Shown one piece after another: positions 31,548 to 42,250 of a stretch of DNA of 64,000 nucleotides. Numbering within the stretch: the first letter of the stretch is position 1; each line of letters opens with the position of its first letter. Source of the DNA: an uncultured delta proteobacterium (GTDB taxonomy: Bacteria > Desulfobacterota > Desulfobacteria > Desulfobacterales > Desulfatirhabdiaceae); the NCBI GenBank assembly GCA_963789395.1, contig CAWBKP010000012.1:64001-128000 (forward strand), written 5' to 3'. A program made the position numbers and the translations under genes. The notes under the pieces are model-generated. The model was not told where the DNA came from, did no database searches, and saw only the letters and a program-made list of their open reading frames with translations.

Positions 31548-31892
31548 ATGAACAACGAACAGATGGCACCAGAGACGAAAGGTGTTACGGTGAAATTACT
31601 TGCAACGGTTGACCTTGGCCCTGAGATCGAGGGCATGGCAGGGCGCCAGCTTCGAATGCGTATGGTGACCATCGCGCCTGGAGGCGTCTTCGGCCCGATT
31701 CACGACCATAAAGACAGACCTGGCACCGTCTACATCCTTCAGGGAACGATCACTGACCATCGAAATGGCGTCGCGACGGACTATGGGCCGGGAGTGGGCT
31801 GGCCCGAGGACAGGAACACCACGCACTGGCTTGAGAACAGAGGAACGATTCCGGCGGTGGAGATCTCGGTCGATATCGTCAGACAGGATTAA
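31548..31892 (+). CDS. Cupin domain protein
   Basis: TIAPGG...HDH..RPG.VYILQG and HWLENRG. Confidence 0.85.
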   Translation: MNNEQMAPETKGVTVKLLATVDLGPEIEGMAGRQLRMRMVTIAPGGVFGPIHDHKDRPGTVYILQGTITDHRNGVATDYGPGVGWPEDRNTTHWLENRGTIPAVEISVDIVRQD

Positions 31893-31961
31893 GCGCAGGC
31901 CCGGCATCCATAATTCCAGCGAATCCCGGGGAGCGCTTGAGATTCAAGCAGGAAGAAAAAC

Positions 31962-32984
31962 ATGGACGAACTTTTAGAGCAGGGGATAAGCAAGATGGAA
32001 ACGAAAACAGACCTTATGACCGACGTCCGCGGCTTTATGAAAAGCCGGGTGATTCTGACAGGTGCCGAACTCGACGTTTTTACCCGGCTGGACGGGAATT
32101 TTCTGACGGCTGCCGAGCTGATCGGAGACCGTAATCTCGACGAACGGGCGACCACCCGCATCCTCGACTGCCTGGTTGCATTCAGCCTCCTCGAAAAGCA
32201 GGACGCAAAGTACCGGACATCTCCGGCGGGATCGACGCTTTCGTCCCGTCATCCGGAATCCGTCCTTCCCATGGTCCGGCACATGAACCACATATGGCGC
32301 AACTGGAGCCGTCTGACTGCCGTGGCCCAATGCGGGAGAAACCCGGATTTAAAGCCGGTTGTCGATGCGGAGCCGGAAGATGAGCGGCGTTCTTTTATCG
32401 GCGCAATGCACGTGGCTGCCCGGCAGATTTCCATAAAAATTGCGGATGCATTTGATTCGCGCGCCCATGAAACGCTGCTGGATGTGGGCGGCGGCTCCGG
32501 GGCTTACACCATTGCATTTCTGAAAAAAAACCCGCAACTGCGCGCCGTTGTTTTCGATCTGAAAAACGTGATTCCCATTACAAAAGAAAAGATCAGAGAG
32601 GCGGGAATGGAAGACCGGGTGACGTTTGCAGCGGGGGATTTTTACAAAGACCCCCTTCCCGACGGGTGCGATCTGGCACTTCTGTCTGCCATCATTCACC
32701 AGAACAGCCCCGATCAGAATCTGGCACTGTATCAGAAAATATACCGTGCCCTTCGCCGCGGCGGGTCGCTGCTCATCCGGGACCACATCATGGACACGAC
32801 GCGCACCCGGCCGTCAGCCGGAGCGCTGTTTGCCCTGAACATGCTGGTCAACACACCGGCCGGCGACACCTACACGTTCGGCGAGGTCAAAGAGATCCTG
32901 GAATCGGCGGGATTTAAAGACGTGGAATGGATCGTTTCCGGAGAAAAGATGGACAGTCTGGTTCGTGCCGTCAAGCCGGTGTAA
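31962..32984 (+). CDS. SAM-dependent methyltransferase (Methyltransf_2 with dimerisation domain)
   Basis: LLDVGGGSG, GDFY, AIIH and ALNML. Confidence 0.88.
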   Translation: MDELLEQGISKMETKTDLMTDVRGFMKSRVILTGAELDVFTRLDGNFLTAAELIGDRNLDERATTRILDCLVAFSLLEKQDAKYRTSPAGSTLSSRHPESVLPMVRHMNHIWRNWSRLTAVAQCGRNPDLKPVVDAEPEDERRSFIGAMHVAARQISIKIADAFDSRAHETLLDVGGGSGAYTIAFLKKNPQLRAVVFDLKNVIPITKEKIREAGMEDRVTFAAGDFYKDPLPDGCDLALLSAIIHQNSPDQNLALYQKIYRALRRGGSLLIRDHIMDTTRTRPSAGALFALNMLVNTPAGDTYTFGEVKEILESAGFKDVEWIVSGEKMDSLVRAVKPV

Positions 32985-33070
32985 TCGTCTGTGCAGAACA
33001 CTTCAAATTCATGGGATGTTAAAGAATGGCAGTGGCGGCGCCAGGTTGCCCTTGGCGTTCAAAGGAAAAC

Positions 33071-33927
33071 ATGAAATACGCAAAATACCACGGCCTCGGG
33101 AATGACTACCTGGTGATCCGACCCGATGATGTCGACGGAGAGCTCAAGTCTGAACAGATTCAGCTTATTTGCCACCGGAACTATGGTGTAGGATCAGACG
33201 GGATTCTTCTAGGCCCACTCCCCAGTAATACCTGCGATTTCCGCCTTGGAATTTACAACCCCGACGGCAGCGAGGCGGAAAAGAGCGGTAATGGGCTTCG
33301 CATCTTTGCACGCTTTCTCTACGATCAGGGTTTGGTGCATGAATACCAGTTTGCAGTAGAGACACTTGGCGGTTCTGTCATCTGTTGGGTCCGGGACAGG
33401 GGAAAGGCCGTAACTGTGGAAATGGGAAAGGTGAGTTTTCTAAGCACCAAGATACCCGTTACCGGGAGAAGAGCGTGAAGTATTGCGGGAGCATATGGAT
33501 ATTGCAGACACTACCTTCGAGTATTGTGCGAGCTACCGTTGGAAATCCGCACTGCGTCATTCTCTGTGAGAAGCCCTCACCAGCGCTTGCTCGGCAATAT
33601 GGGCCTTTGATCGAGACGGACTCTCGTTTCCCGCACCGGACCAACGTTCAGTTTATGGAAGTCCTTGACCGTCAGAACGTCCGCATCGAAATATGGGAAC
33701 GCGGCGCCGGCTATACTCTTGCCTCGGGCAGCAGTAGCACTGCCGCCGCTGCCGTTGCCTATAGGCTCGGTCTTTGCGATCCCGCTATCACTGTACATAT
33801 GCCTGGTGGAGACCTTGCAATCCGGTTTGCTCAGGACTTCGCCGCCACAATGACCGGGCCGGTGACCCGTGTCTGCCAAGGTGTCATGGATCCCGAGATG
33901 TTCCAGTGGCCCCAAAAATCGATTTGA
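33071..33927 (+). CDS. dapF: Diaminopimelate epimerase-like protein (frameshift ~33470), both catalytic Cys replaced by Ser
   Basis: KYHGLGNDY, GVGSDG, NPDGSEAEKSGNG, GNPHCV, TNVQF and WERGAGYTLASGSS. Confidence 0.75.
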
Positions 33928-33984
33928 CATCATTTACCATGTGGATTTGCATCGCTATAAAAAGCCACATTATAGGGGTGCGTT

Positions 33985-34310
33985 ATGAGAACCATTCAGA
34001 TGACGCTTGACGATGATCTTGTAATAGAGCGGTGGATCGCGTATCAAAGGAACACAAGACAAGCCGTTCTGCTTTCGCTATAAAGGCGCTTCGTGACGCT
34101 CTTGCGCGCTATAGCTTGAGCAACTGGTACGCAAGCATCGCCGGGGGTACGAGCTGTACCCCCGGTTGACTCTGATGCGTTTTCGGCTTGGTAAACCGAG
34201 CACAGGCTTGGGGTGATGAATGAAACACGGTGAAATACGATGGTACAAGTTCATATCGCCGGATAAAAAACGGCCGGTTCTCATCCTGACCCAAGATTCT
34301 GTGTATGAAG
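33985..34310 (+). pseudogene. Decayed RHH antitoxin plus truncated MazF/PemK toxin
   Basis: MRTIQMTLDDDLV...SRSAF...HRRGY (frameshifted, internal stop), then ATG at 34220 MKHGEIRWYKF.SPDKKRPVLILTQD, cut off by the convergent gene. Confidence 0.75.
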
Positions 34311-35894
34311 TTCCATGCCCGCTTCCCCTTTTCGAATGACGATGTTCTGCTTCCAGCGCTCGTTATCTTCCCGGGGAAAATCATTCCGGAAATGAGACCC
34401 CCGGCTTTCAGTCCGCTCAAGCGCAGCCGTGCAGATCATCCTGGATACTTTTCTCATGTTCTGAAATTCCAGAAACCGGATCAATTCAACCGGCGATGTG
34501 ATGCGGGCTTCAGGACAGGGATTGCCCAACATGTCAACGGCGTGGCTCAGTCCCGTGTGCTGGCGGAGAATGCCGGCATTTTCCCACATCATCTCTTTCA
34601 ACGCTTGGATAAGATTTTCTGGAGACGCCCCTTGTGTTGAGAAAGTCTTCTCCAGCCTGAGTTTCTCTGCTTCCGCCATGGCGCTTACAGGGGCTGAAGC
34701 TCCGGATGCGGTTGCATCAATTCTGGCTGCTTCACCGACCACAGCCCCCATCGTAAATATTTCGGCCAGCGCATTGCCTCCAAGCCGATTCGCTCCGTGA
34801 GCGCCTGCCGTCACTTCGCCGACCGCGAAAAGGCCCCTGACCCCTGTTTTACCTGTTGTGTCCGTTATGACGCCGCCCATGCAAAAATGCGCGGTCGGTA
34901 AGACTGGAAATATTTTTTGCCCTTTCCACCACAATGCAGGCAGTATTGGCGCCAGCAGGGCAGCTTTTTCATCGGAAAGCGCTTCCAGATCCATGACGAC
35001 AACTCCTTCCCGGACCTCCTGCATCATCACCTGGGCAAGTTGGTCCCGGGTCACGGTCAGGAAATCCGTAATTCCCCGCTTTTTGAGGATATCCTCCTGA
35101 TTCCGGTTTTTCAATGCCACGCCTGGTTGTGCTAGGAGCTTTTCGTTCAGGAGCAGCCTGCTGCCGTGTTTGCCTCTTGCGGTAGGATAAAACTGGACAA
35201 ATTCCATATCCTGTAACGGCACCCCGATATCATAACAGAGTGCATGACCATCTCCGGTAATGCCGGGTACATTATTGGTATTTCGAAAAACATGTGCATA
35301 ACCGCCGGTCGCAAGCACGATGGATGAAGCCTGAAGCGTTATAAACCGTCCGTCTTCCGTGACGCCGCAAGCCCCTGCGATGCGGTTGTCCGATGTCAGC
35401 AGCCGGGTTACGAAAACATGTTCGATAAATCCGATACCGGCGTCCTGTGCATATCGCTTCAACGGCAGGACGATGTCACTGCCCTTCCAGTTTTCGCCGA
35501 ACACATGTCTGGGAAAGCTGTGGCCTGCAATGTGCATCAGCGCTAAATTTTGACCGTCCATACCGAAGTGCGCGCCGCACTTCTGCAAATAGTCGATCTC
35601 CGAACACGCCTGACGGGTAATTGCAGCCACCTTGGATGGATCGTTCAAAAACCGGCCGCCCGTCATTGTGTCCGCTGCATGGACATCCGAGCTGTCCTCG
35701 GCCTTTCCTAATCCCGAAGCGGCGATAATGCCCTTGGATATATAGGTGTTGGTCAACTGTCCGATTTTGAATTTGGATACCATCAGCACCCGGGCACCGG
35801 CCGCCCTTGCGGCAATGGCCGCCCGCAGTCCTGCTCCGCCCCCGCCGATGACAAGCACATCGCACGAGAGAATTTCATCCTGCTTCAATTGCAT
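34281..35894 (-). CDS. FAD-dependent oxidoreductase, SdhA/FrdA/NadB family flavoprotein
   Basis: GGGGAG, LATGG, TGDG, AHFCMGG, HGANRLGGNAL and ESRGSHFR.D. Confidence 0.88.
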   Translation of the reverse strand: MQLKQDEILSCDVLVIGGGGAGLRAAIAARAAGARVLMVSKFKIGQLTNTYISKGIIAASGLGKAEDSSDVHAADTMTGGRFLNDPSKVAAITRQACSEIDYLQKCGAHFGMDGQNLALMHIAGHSFPRHVFGENWKGSDIVLPLKRYAQDAGIGFIEHVFVTRLLTSDNRIAGACGVTEDGRFITLQASSIVLATGGYAHVFRNTNNVPGITGDGHALCYDIGVPLQDMEFVQFYPTARGKHGSRLLLNEKLLAQPGVALKNRNQEDILKKRGITDFLTVTRDQLAQVMMQEVREGVVVMDLEALSDEKAALLAPILPALWWKGQKIFPVLPTAHFCMGGVITDTTGKTGVRGLFAVGEVTAGAHGANRLGGNALAEIFTMGAVVGEAARIDATASGASAPVSAMAEAEKLRLEKTFSTQGASPENLIQALKEMMWENAGILRQHTGLSHAVDMLGNPCPEARITSPVELIRFLEFQNMRKVSRMICTAALERTESRGSHFRNDFPREDNERWKQNIVIRKGEAGMELHTQNLGSG

Positions 35895-36223
35895 GTTTTT
35901 CTCCTTGTTGAACGGTTCAAGGCCTCACCGAATTATATTCCGGCAAGGCTTTCTGTCAATGTCACAGCCGTTTACGTGATATTCTATCAACTTTCAAGCA
36001 AATACGCAAATTCTTGAAAATGGGAATCGCTCATGGTTTAACTTTGAGTCATTCAGCTGGCAAGATACACGCAACGCCTTCTGCGATACCCTGATCCGGT
36101 TCCTTCGGAATTTGGTATGCAACAGCAATGATCTTTTCTGTTACAATTTGACATGTAAAACGCTTTTTGAGATACATCAGAAAGTTAAAAAAGTATTTTC
36201 TATTTTTCCCTGAGGTGAAAGAT

Positions 36224-38581
36224 ATGGCGAACTTGAGTCTTGCAGAATGGTTGACACGCACCGAAAGCAGCCGGCGCTTCAGGGAAAACGCAACCGCGAT
36301 TACGCACATCCCTGCATCTGACGGCAGTTTTGCCCCATACCCGAAATGGGTGAACCCGAGTCTTTACGCAGTCCTTGCCAGGCGGGGGATGTCCCGGCTA
36401 TACAGCCATCAGGCGCGTGCCGTTGAGCTCATCCGCCAGGGCAGGGACGTGGTGCTGGTAACGCCCACCGCCAGCGGCAAGACGCTCTGTTACAATCTGC
36501 CCGTTCTCCAGAGGATACTGGATGAGCCGGAGACACGCGCCCTGTATCTTTTTCCCACCAAGGCCCTTGCCAATGATCAGATGAATGAGGTGCACGGCCT
36601 CATCGGTGAGCTAAAGGCCGACATCAAGACTTTCACCTATGACGGTGACACGCCGGATGATGCCAGGCAGGCTATCCGCAAGCAGGGCCATGTCGTGGTG
36701 ACCAATCCCGACATGCTGCATACCGGTATCCTGCCCCATCATACAAAGTGGCAGAAGCTGTTTGCCAACCTGAAATATGTGGTGGTGGATGAGCTGCACA
36801 TTTACCGGGGCGTGTTCGGCAGCCATGTCACCAATGTGTTCCGCCGGTTGAAAAGGATCTGCCGCTTCTACGGGCAGGACCCGGTGTTTATCTGCTGCTC
36901 GGCCACGGTGGCTAATCCCCGAGAGCATGCAGAGAACCTGCTGGAGCGGGAAGTAGCCCTTGTCGATGAAAGCGGCGCACCCCGGGCTGAAAAGACATTC
37001 ATTCTCTACAACCCGCCGATCATCAACCGGGAGCTTGGCATCCGCCAATCAGCGCTCACCCCCGCGCGCAAAATCGCAAGCAAACTTATCGCCAACAAGA
37101 TTCAGACGATTGTATTTGCCACGAGCCGGCTCAACGTTGAGGTGCTCACCAAATACCTCAAGGATATTTTCCGCTCAAAGATTCCCGCTGACCACTACGT
37201 GACCGGCTACCGGGGTGGCTACCTGCCCCTGCTCAGGCGGGATATCGAAAAGGGTCTAAGGGATCGCAGCGTCATGGGGGTTGTGAGCACCAATGCCCTG
37301 GAGCTTGGCATCGACATCGGCGATATGGAAGCATGCATCATGGCGGGCTACCCCGGCTCCATCGCCAGCGCCTGGCAGCAGGCGGGCAGGGCCGGCCGCA
37401 GGGCCGGCCGGAGTCTTGCCATCCTGATTGCCAAGAGCAACCCCATGGACCAGTTCATCGTTCAGAATCCGGATTATTTTTTCACCCGATCCCCCGAGCA
37501 CTGCCGGGTGAACCCGGATAATCTCATCATCCTGCTGCACCACATCAAGAGCGCAGCCTTTGAGCTGCCTTTCGAGGAAGGCGAACGGTTCGGCAGGGAG
37601 GATCTCATGGAGCTGCTGAGCTATCTGGAAGAAAAAGGCGTGCTTCACCGGGTGGATCAGCGCTGGCACTGGGCGGCCGACAGCTACCCTGCGGACGAGG
37701 TGAGCTTAAGGACCGTCAATCCGGAGAATGTGGTGGTGGTTGATACGACCGAAACGGCCAACCACAAGGTGATCGCCGAGGTGGACTGGGACAGCGCGTT
37801 CACCACGGTCCATGATGATGCCATATACATGGTGGCATCCCAGCAGTACCACGTGGACAAGCTCGACCTGGAGCGCAAGAAGGCATACGTCAGAAAAGTG
37901 GATGTCGATTATTACACGGATGCCATGACATACACCAATGTGCGCGTTATGGACGACTTTAACAAGAAGATGAAGGGCGGCATCATCGTCGAACACGGCG
38001 AGGTCCAGGTGTCTCGCAAAGTGGTGGGATACAAAAAAATAAAGTTTTATACATCGGAGAATGTGGGTTACGGCGACGTAAACCTGCCGCAGAAGGACAT
38101 GCACACGACCAGCTACTGGTTTACCATCCCCTGGAACCTGCTGGATTTCCTTGAGCTCAGTCGCGAGGAAATTATCGACGGCCTTTCAGGGCTTGCCTAC
38201 TGCCTGCACCACATCTGTGCCATGCTGGTGATGTCGGACATCCGCGATATCGACCGGTGCATCGGCGACAAGAGCGGCGAGTGGTTTGTGCGATACGGCA
38301 AAGACCGCCGGGTCATTACCGAAAGCCCGGGCCAGCCAACAAACGTCATGGAAAATGCCTATGATCCCACGGTATTCATCTTTGATGCCTACCCGGGCGG
38401 AATCGGCTTTTCAGACAACCTGTTCGAACGGCATGACGAGTTGATCCGGGCGGCACGATCGCTCATCTCTTCCTGCCCGTGCGACCACGGGTGCCCCATG
38501 TGCGTAGGTCCGACACTCGAAGTAGGACCGTCGGCAAAGCATGCAGCCATGGGCCTCCTTGAGTTGATGGAAAGCTCATGA
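36224..38581 (+). CDS. DEAD/DEAH helicase with C-terminal DUF1998 Cys cluster (YprA/MrfA-like)
   Basis: PTASGKT, DELH.Y.G.FGS, SAT, TNALELGIDIG, QAGRAGR and CPCDHGCPMC. Confidence 0.9.
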   Translation: MANLSLAEWLTRTESSRRFRENATAITHIPASDGSFAPYPKWVNPSLYAVLARRGMSRLYSHQARAVELIRQGRDVVLVTPTASGKTLCYNLPVLQRILDEPETRALYLFPTKALANDQMNEVHGLIGELKADIKTFTYDGDTPDDARQAIRKQGHVVVTNPDMLHTGILPHHTKWQKLFANLKYVVVDELHIYRGVFGSHVTNVFRRLKRICRFYGQDPVFICCSATVANPREHAENLLEREVALVDESGAPRAEKTFILYNPPIINRELGIRQSALTPARKIASKLIANKIQTIVFATSRLNVEVLTKYLKDIFRSKIPADHYVTGYRGGYLPLLRRDIEKGLRDRSVMGVVSTNALELGIDIGDMEACIMAGYPGSIASAWQQAGRAGRRAGRSLAILIAKSNPMDQFIVQNPDYFFTRSPEHCRVNPDNLIILLHHIKSAAFELPFEEGERFGREDLMELLSYLEEKGVLHRVDQRWHWAADSYPADEVSLRTVNPENVVVVDTTETANHKVIAEVDWDSAFTTVHDDAIYMVASQQYHVDKLDLERKKAYVRKVDVDYYTDAMTYTNVRVMDDFNKKMKGGIIVEHGEVQVSRKVVGYKKIKFYTSENVGYGDVNLPQKDMHTTSYWFTIPWNLLDFLELSREEIIDGLSGLAYCLHHICAMLVMSDIRDIDRCIGDKSGEWFVRYGKDRRVITESPGQPTNVMENAYDPTVFIFDAYPGGIGFSDNLFERHDELIRAARSLISSCPCDHGCPMCVGPTLEVGPSAKHAAMGLLELMESS

Positions 38582-39927
38582 GCCTCAAGGACAGACTCGA
38601 TCGCCTGTCGGGTGAAGCCGGCAGCCCCTTTCAAGCAGATCTGAAGCAAGACAGCGTCAGCGAGCTGCGCAGCAGAATCAATGCGATCATGAACCGCAGG
38701 GAGCGCCTGGGAGCGCCAACCATCCCTGAGGTGAAAGACCGTGCCGTCTCATTGGAGAGCGTGGTTAGCGGGGAGGAGGTAAAGACACCGCAAGGCAGAT
38801 TTTTCCTTTCACGCAGCAGGTTAGATGCCGCGGACTTTCATGGACACTCGCGGGTCGGCGACCTGGTATGCCCCGGAATGGAGGCCGTGGCCTTTCTTGC
38901 CGGTGCTGATGTGCTGAAGGGTCTGTCCGTGGAGGATGGCCTGTTTCTTGACACCGAGACCACGGGCCTTGCGGGCGGCACCGGGACTTTTCCGTTTCTT
39001 ATCGGGCTCGGGTGGTTTGAAGACGGCAGCTTTATCACCTGTCAGCTCTTTGCGCGGGATTTTTCGGAAGAACCTGCCATGCTCGCATTTTTGTGCGAAC
39101 AGGCATCCAGGAAGAGATTCCTGGTGACCTTCAACGGCAGGGCCTATGACCTGAACCTCATCGCGACCCGATTCATCCTGAACCGGTCTCGGGATCTGCT
39201 TGCCGGCATGCCGCACCTGGATCTGCTCCACCCGAGCAGGCGGATCTATTCCCGCCGCCTGGAAAATGTCAGACTTGTGACCCTGGAGGCATCCGTGCTC
39301 GGGGTCAGGCGCGGACAGGATGTGCCCGGCCACGAGATCCCCCAGCGCTATTTCGACTGGCTCAGGAGCCGAGACGGCAGATTCATGGCGGATGTATTCC
39401 GGCACAACCGGCTGGATATTATTTCCATGGCATCCCTGCTGAAGCACGTAACGGACCTTGTGGAAGGTCGGCATAACGCTGCGTATAGCCATCACGACGA
39501 CCTTCTCTCGGTTGCGAAACTGCATTACGATCGCGGCGACTTTGCGTCTGCAGGCCGTATTTTGGAGCCCTTGTCCCGCTCCGTGCAGCCGGGGGTTGCC
39601 CGGAGCGCCCGGATGGCTCTGTCTGTGATCAAAAAGAAGACGAACCAATGGACGGATGCCGTATCTGTCTGGAAAGAGATGATCGCTTTGGATCCCTATG
39701 ATGTTTTTGCCGTCGAAGAGCTTGCCAAATGGTATGAGCATCATGTCCGCGAATTCAGCCTTGCTGCGGAGATAGTGGCCGGAATACTTGACGGAAAGAG
39801 GCTGGATGAGCCGGATCGCCTTGCCATGGCGCATCGCCTGCGGCGTCTCCTTCATAAATCCTCCCGGTGCCGCCAGGCGCCGGGGAACAGGGTCATACAT
39901 GACCGTAACCTGACCCGTTGTCTTTAA
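38578..39927 (+). CDS. RNase H-like exonuclease with TPR-like tail (YprB/MrfB-like)
   Basis: FLDTETTGL.GG.GT, TFNG..YD, HLDLLH, HN..D and ELAKWYEH; coupled to the helicase. Confidence 0.88.
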   Translation: MSLKDRLDRLSGEAGSPFQADLKQDSVSELRSRINAIMNRRERLGAPTIPEVKDRAVSLESVVSGEEVKTPQGRFFLSRSRLDAADFHGHSRVGDLVCPGMEAVAFLAGADVLKGLSVEDGLFLDTETTGLAGGTGTFPFLIGLGWFEDGSFITCQLFARDFSEEPAMLAFLCEQASRKRFLVTFNGRAYDLNLIATRFILNRSRDLLAGMPHLDLLHPSRRIYSRRLENVRLVTLEASVLGVRRGQDVPGHEIPQRYFDWLRSRDGRFMADVFRHNRLDIISMASLLKHVTDLVEGRHNAAYSHHDDLLSVAKLHYDRGDFASAGRILEPLSRSVQPGVARSARMALSVIKKKTNQWTDAVSVWKEMIALDPYDVFAVEELAKWYEHHVREFSLAAEIVAGILDGKRLDEPDRLAMAHRLRRLLHKSSRCRQAPGNRVIHDRNLTRCL

Positions 39928-40106
39928 ATGGCGACAGCGATGTGCTGACAAGTATGCAAACGGATGGTATGCATTTATTCTACTGCTACAATAACCGGTT
40001 GCATCATCAGACCTGGCAGTGCGCGGTTTGTGCCGTATTCACGGGTCCATCGTGAAATTTATGTTGAAGATACGGCAATGTCAGTTGGTTTTTCGGAGGA
40101 ATCGAC

Positions 40107-42250
40107 GTGCAAACAATACCGGTGTTTTGCGGTAAGGACTGCGGTGGCAATGCCTGCCCGCTGATGGCAAGGATTGAAAACGGTCGCGTCACCCGCATCT
40201 TCAATAATCCGGCCGGCGGGAAGTACCTAAAAGGCTGCATGCGCGGGTTTAACCTGCCCAAGGAGCTCTACGCCAAGGGCCGGATCCTCAAACCATTGTG
40301 CCGGGTTGGAGAACGCGGTTCGGGTAGGTTCCGCGAGGCCAGCTGGGATGAGGCGCTGCATCTTACCGCAGATAAACTGGGTGAAATCCGCTCGAAATTC
40401 GGTGCCAACGCCATCCTGAGTCTGGCCAGTTCGGGATCAACCAGTGCACTGCACGGCACTGAACCGCTGCTGCGTCGTTTTCTGAATCTCTTCGGCGGCT
40501 GTACAACGCTAAAAAGCAATTACAGCAATGCCGCTGCCAGCTTCATTCTGCCCTATCTCCTGGGCGAGCAGTGGAAGGTATCTGGTTTTGATGCGGCAAA
40601 CATGCAGTATTCAGAAAATGATTATCCTGTGGGGAGCAAACGTGCTGGCGGCGCGCCTGGGAACCGAAATAAACCAGCGCCTGATCGAGGCGAGACGGCG
40701 GGGAGCCCGGATTGTGGTGATTGACCCGCGACGGTCGGAGACGGCAACGCATACCGGTGCCTGGTGGCTTGCCTGCCGTCCCGGAACGGATGCGGCACTG
40801 ATGCTGGCCGTTCTCTATGTTCTGGTCACGGAGAATCTCGTAGACCGGCCGTTTATTTCGGCCCACAGCGTGGGGTTTGGGCAGCTTGAAAGTTACGTTC
40901 TGGGTCAGGAGAGCAACCAGGCCCGTACACCCCGCTGGGCCGAAAGCATTTGCGGTGTTCCGGCCGGGGAGATTGAAGGCTTTGCACGCGCCTATGGCGC
41001 GGCAAAGCCGGCCATGCTGCTGCCGGGCTACTCCATCCAGCGGGTTTTTGCCGGCGAAGAAACGTACCGCCGAGCGAGTGGCGCTTCAGGTCGCCACCGG
41101 GAATTTCGGCCGTCGCGGCGGTTCCACCGGATCGCTGAACAACCGCCTCCCGACGCCGCGGGTAGGGTCGCTGCCGGTTCCCGGGATACCCGGCCAACCG
41201 TCCGTGCCCGTTTTGCGCTGGCCCGACGCCATTTTGGAGGGCCGCCGGGGAGGATACCCGGAAGACATCCACGCCATCTACAACGCGGGCAGCAATTTTC
41301 TCAACCAGGGAAGCGACATCCCCAAAAACCTCTCGGCCTTCAAAAAAGTGGATTTTGCCGTCTGCCATGAGATTTTCATGACCCCGACTGCCAGAAACTG
41401 CGACGTTATTTTCCCGGCGGCCCATGCGCTGGAAAAAGAAGATATCGGCATCCCTTGGTTGGGCAATTTTCTGGCCTATAAGCCCCGGGCAGTGACGCCC
41501 CGGGGAGAGTCGCGCTGCGACTATGATATTTTCTGCGACCTGGCGGATCGGCTGGGTTTCGGGCAGGCGTTTTCAGAAGATCGCAGTGCGGAGGCATGGG
41601 TCGAGCATTTCCTGAAACACTCGGAAGTGCCGGACCATTCAGATTTTCGCCGCTCCGGCCTCTACCTGTCTTCAGAGCAGGAAAGGGTGGGGCTGTCTGA
41701 ATTTGCCGCAGAGCCGCTTCGCCATCCGCTGGGCACGCCGTCCGGCAAGGTGGAAATTGCCAGTGAAAGCTACCACCGAAAGACCGGCTACCCGGCGATT
41801 CCCACCTGGCTGGAGCCGCCGCTGGATCCCCGCTACCCGCTGCGGCTCCTCACCCCGAAATCGCCTTGTCGCACCCACTCTCAAGGCAGCGACTTGCCGG
41901 CCATCCGGCGAAGGGCCGCTCACGCCCTGGAAATGAACCCCGGGGATGCCGCCGAGCGAGGGATTGGCGATGGAGAGAGGGTGCGGTTGTTCAACTACCG
42001 GGGGGCAGCGCTCCTGCCTGTCCGGCTGAGCGCTGACCTGATTCCCGGTGTCGTTTGTCTGCCGGAAGGGGTCTGGGTCCAATTGAACGATGCCGGAATA
42101 GACACGGCCGGATCGGCCAATATGTTTACGGACACCGGGGGCACGGCTCCCGGCGTCGCCTGTATCATGCATGGCATGGGGGTTGAGGTCAGACGAATTG
42201 ATGGTAACGCTCAGAATTCAACCACCGGGGTCAAGGGGATTTCCGGGTAG
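40107..42250 (+). CDS. Molybdopterin oxidoreductase, DmsA-like catalytic subunit (frameshifts ~40615 and ~41072)
   Basis: CGKDCGGNAC...C Fe-S motif, WDEAL, PGTDAAL, TPSGKVEI, RTHS and MNP.DA..RGI; no Tat signal. Confidence 0.85.

Noticed and set aside
36224..39927. DUF1998 helicase as a DISARM/Druantia defence component
   Set aside because: Pairing with a YprB-like exonuclease and the absence of methylase or drm genes match the known MrfAB-type repair pair
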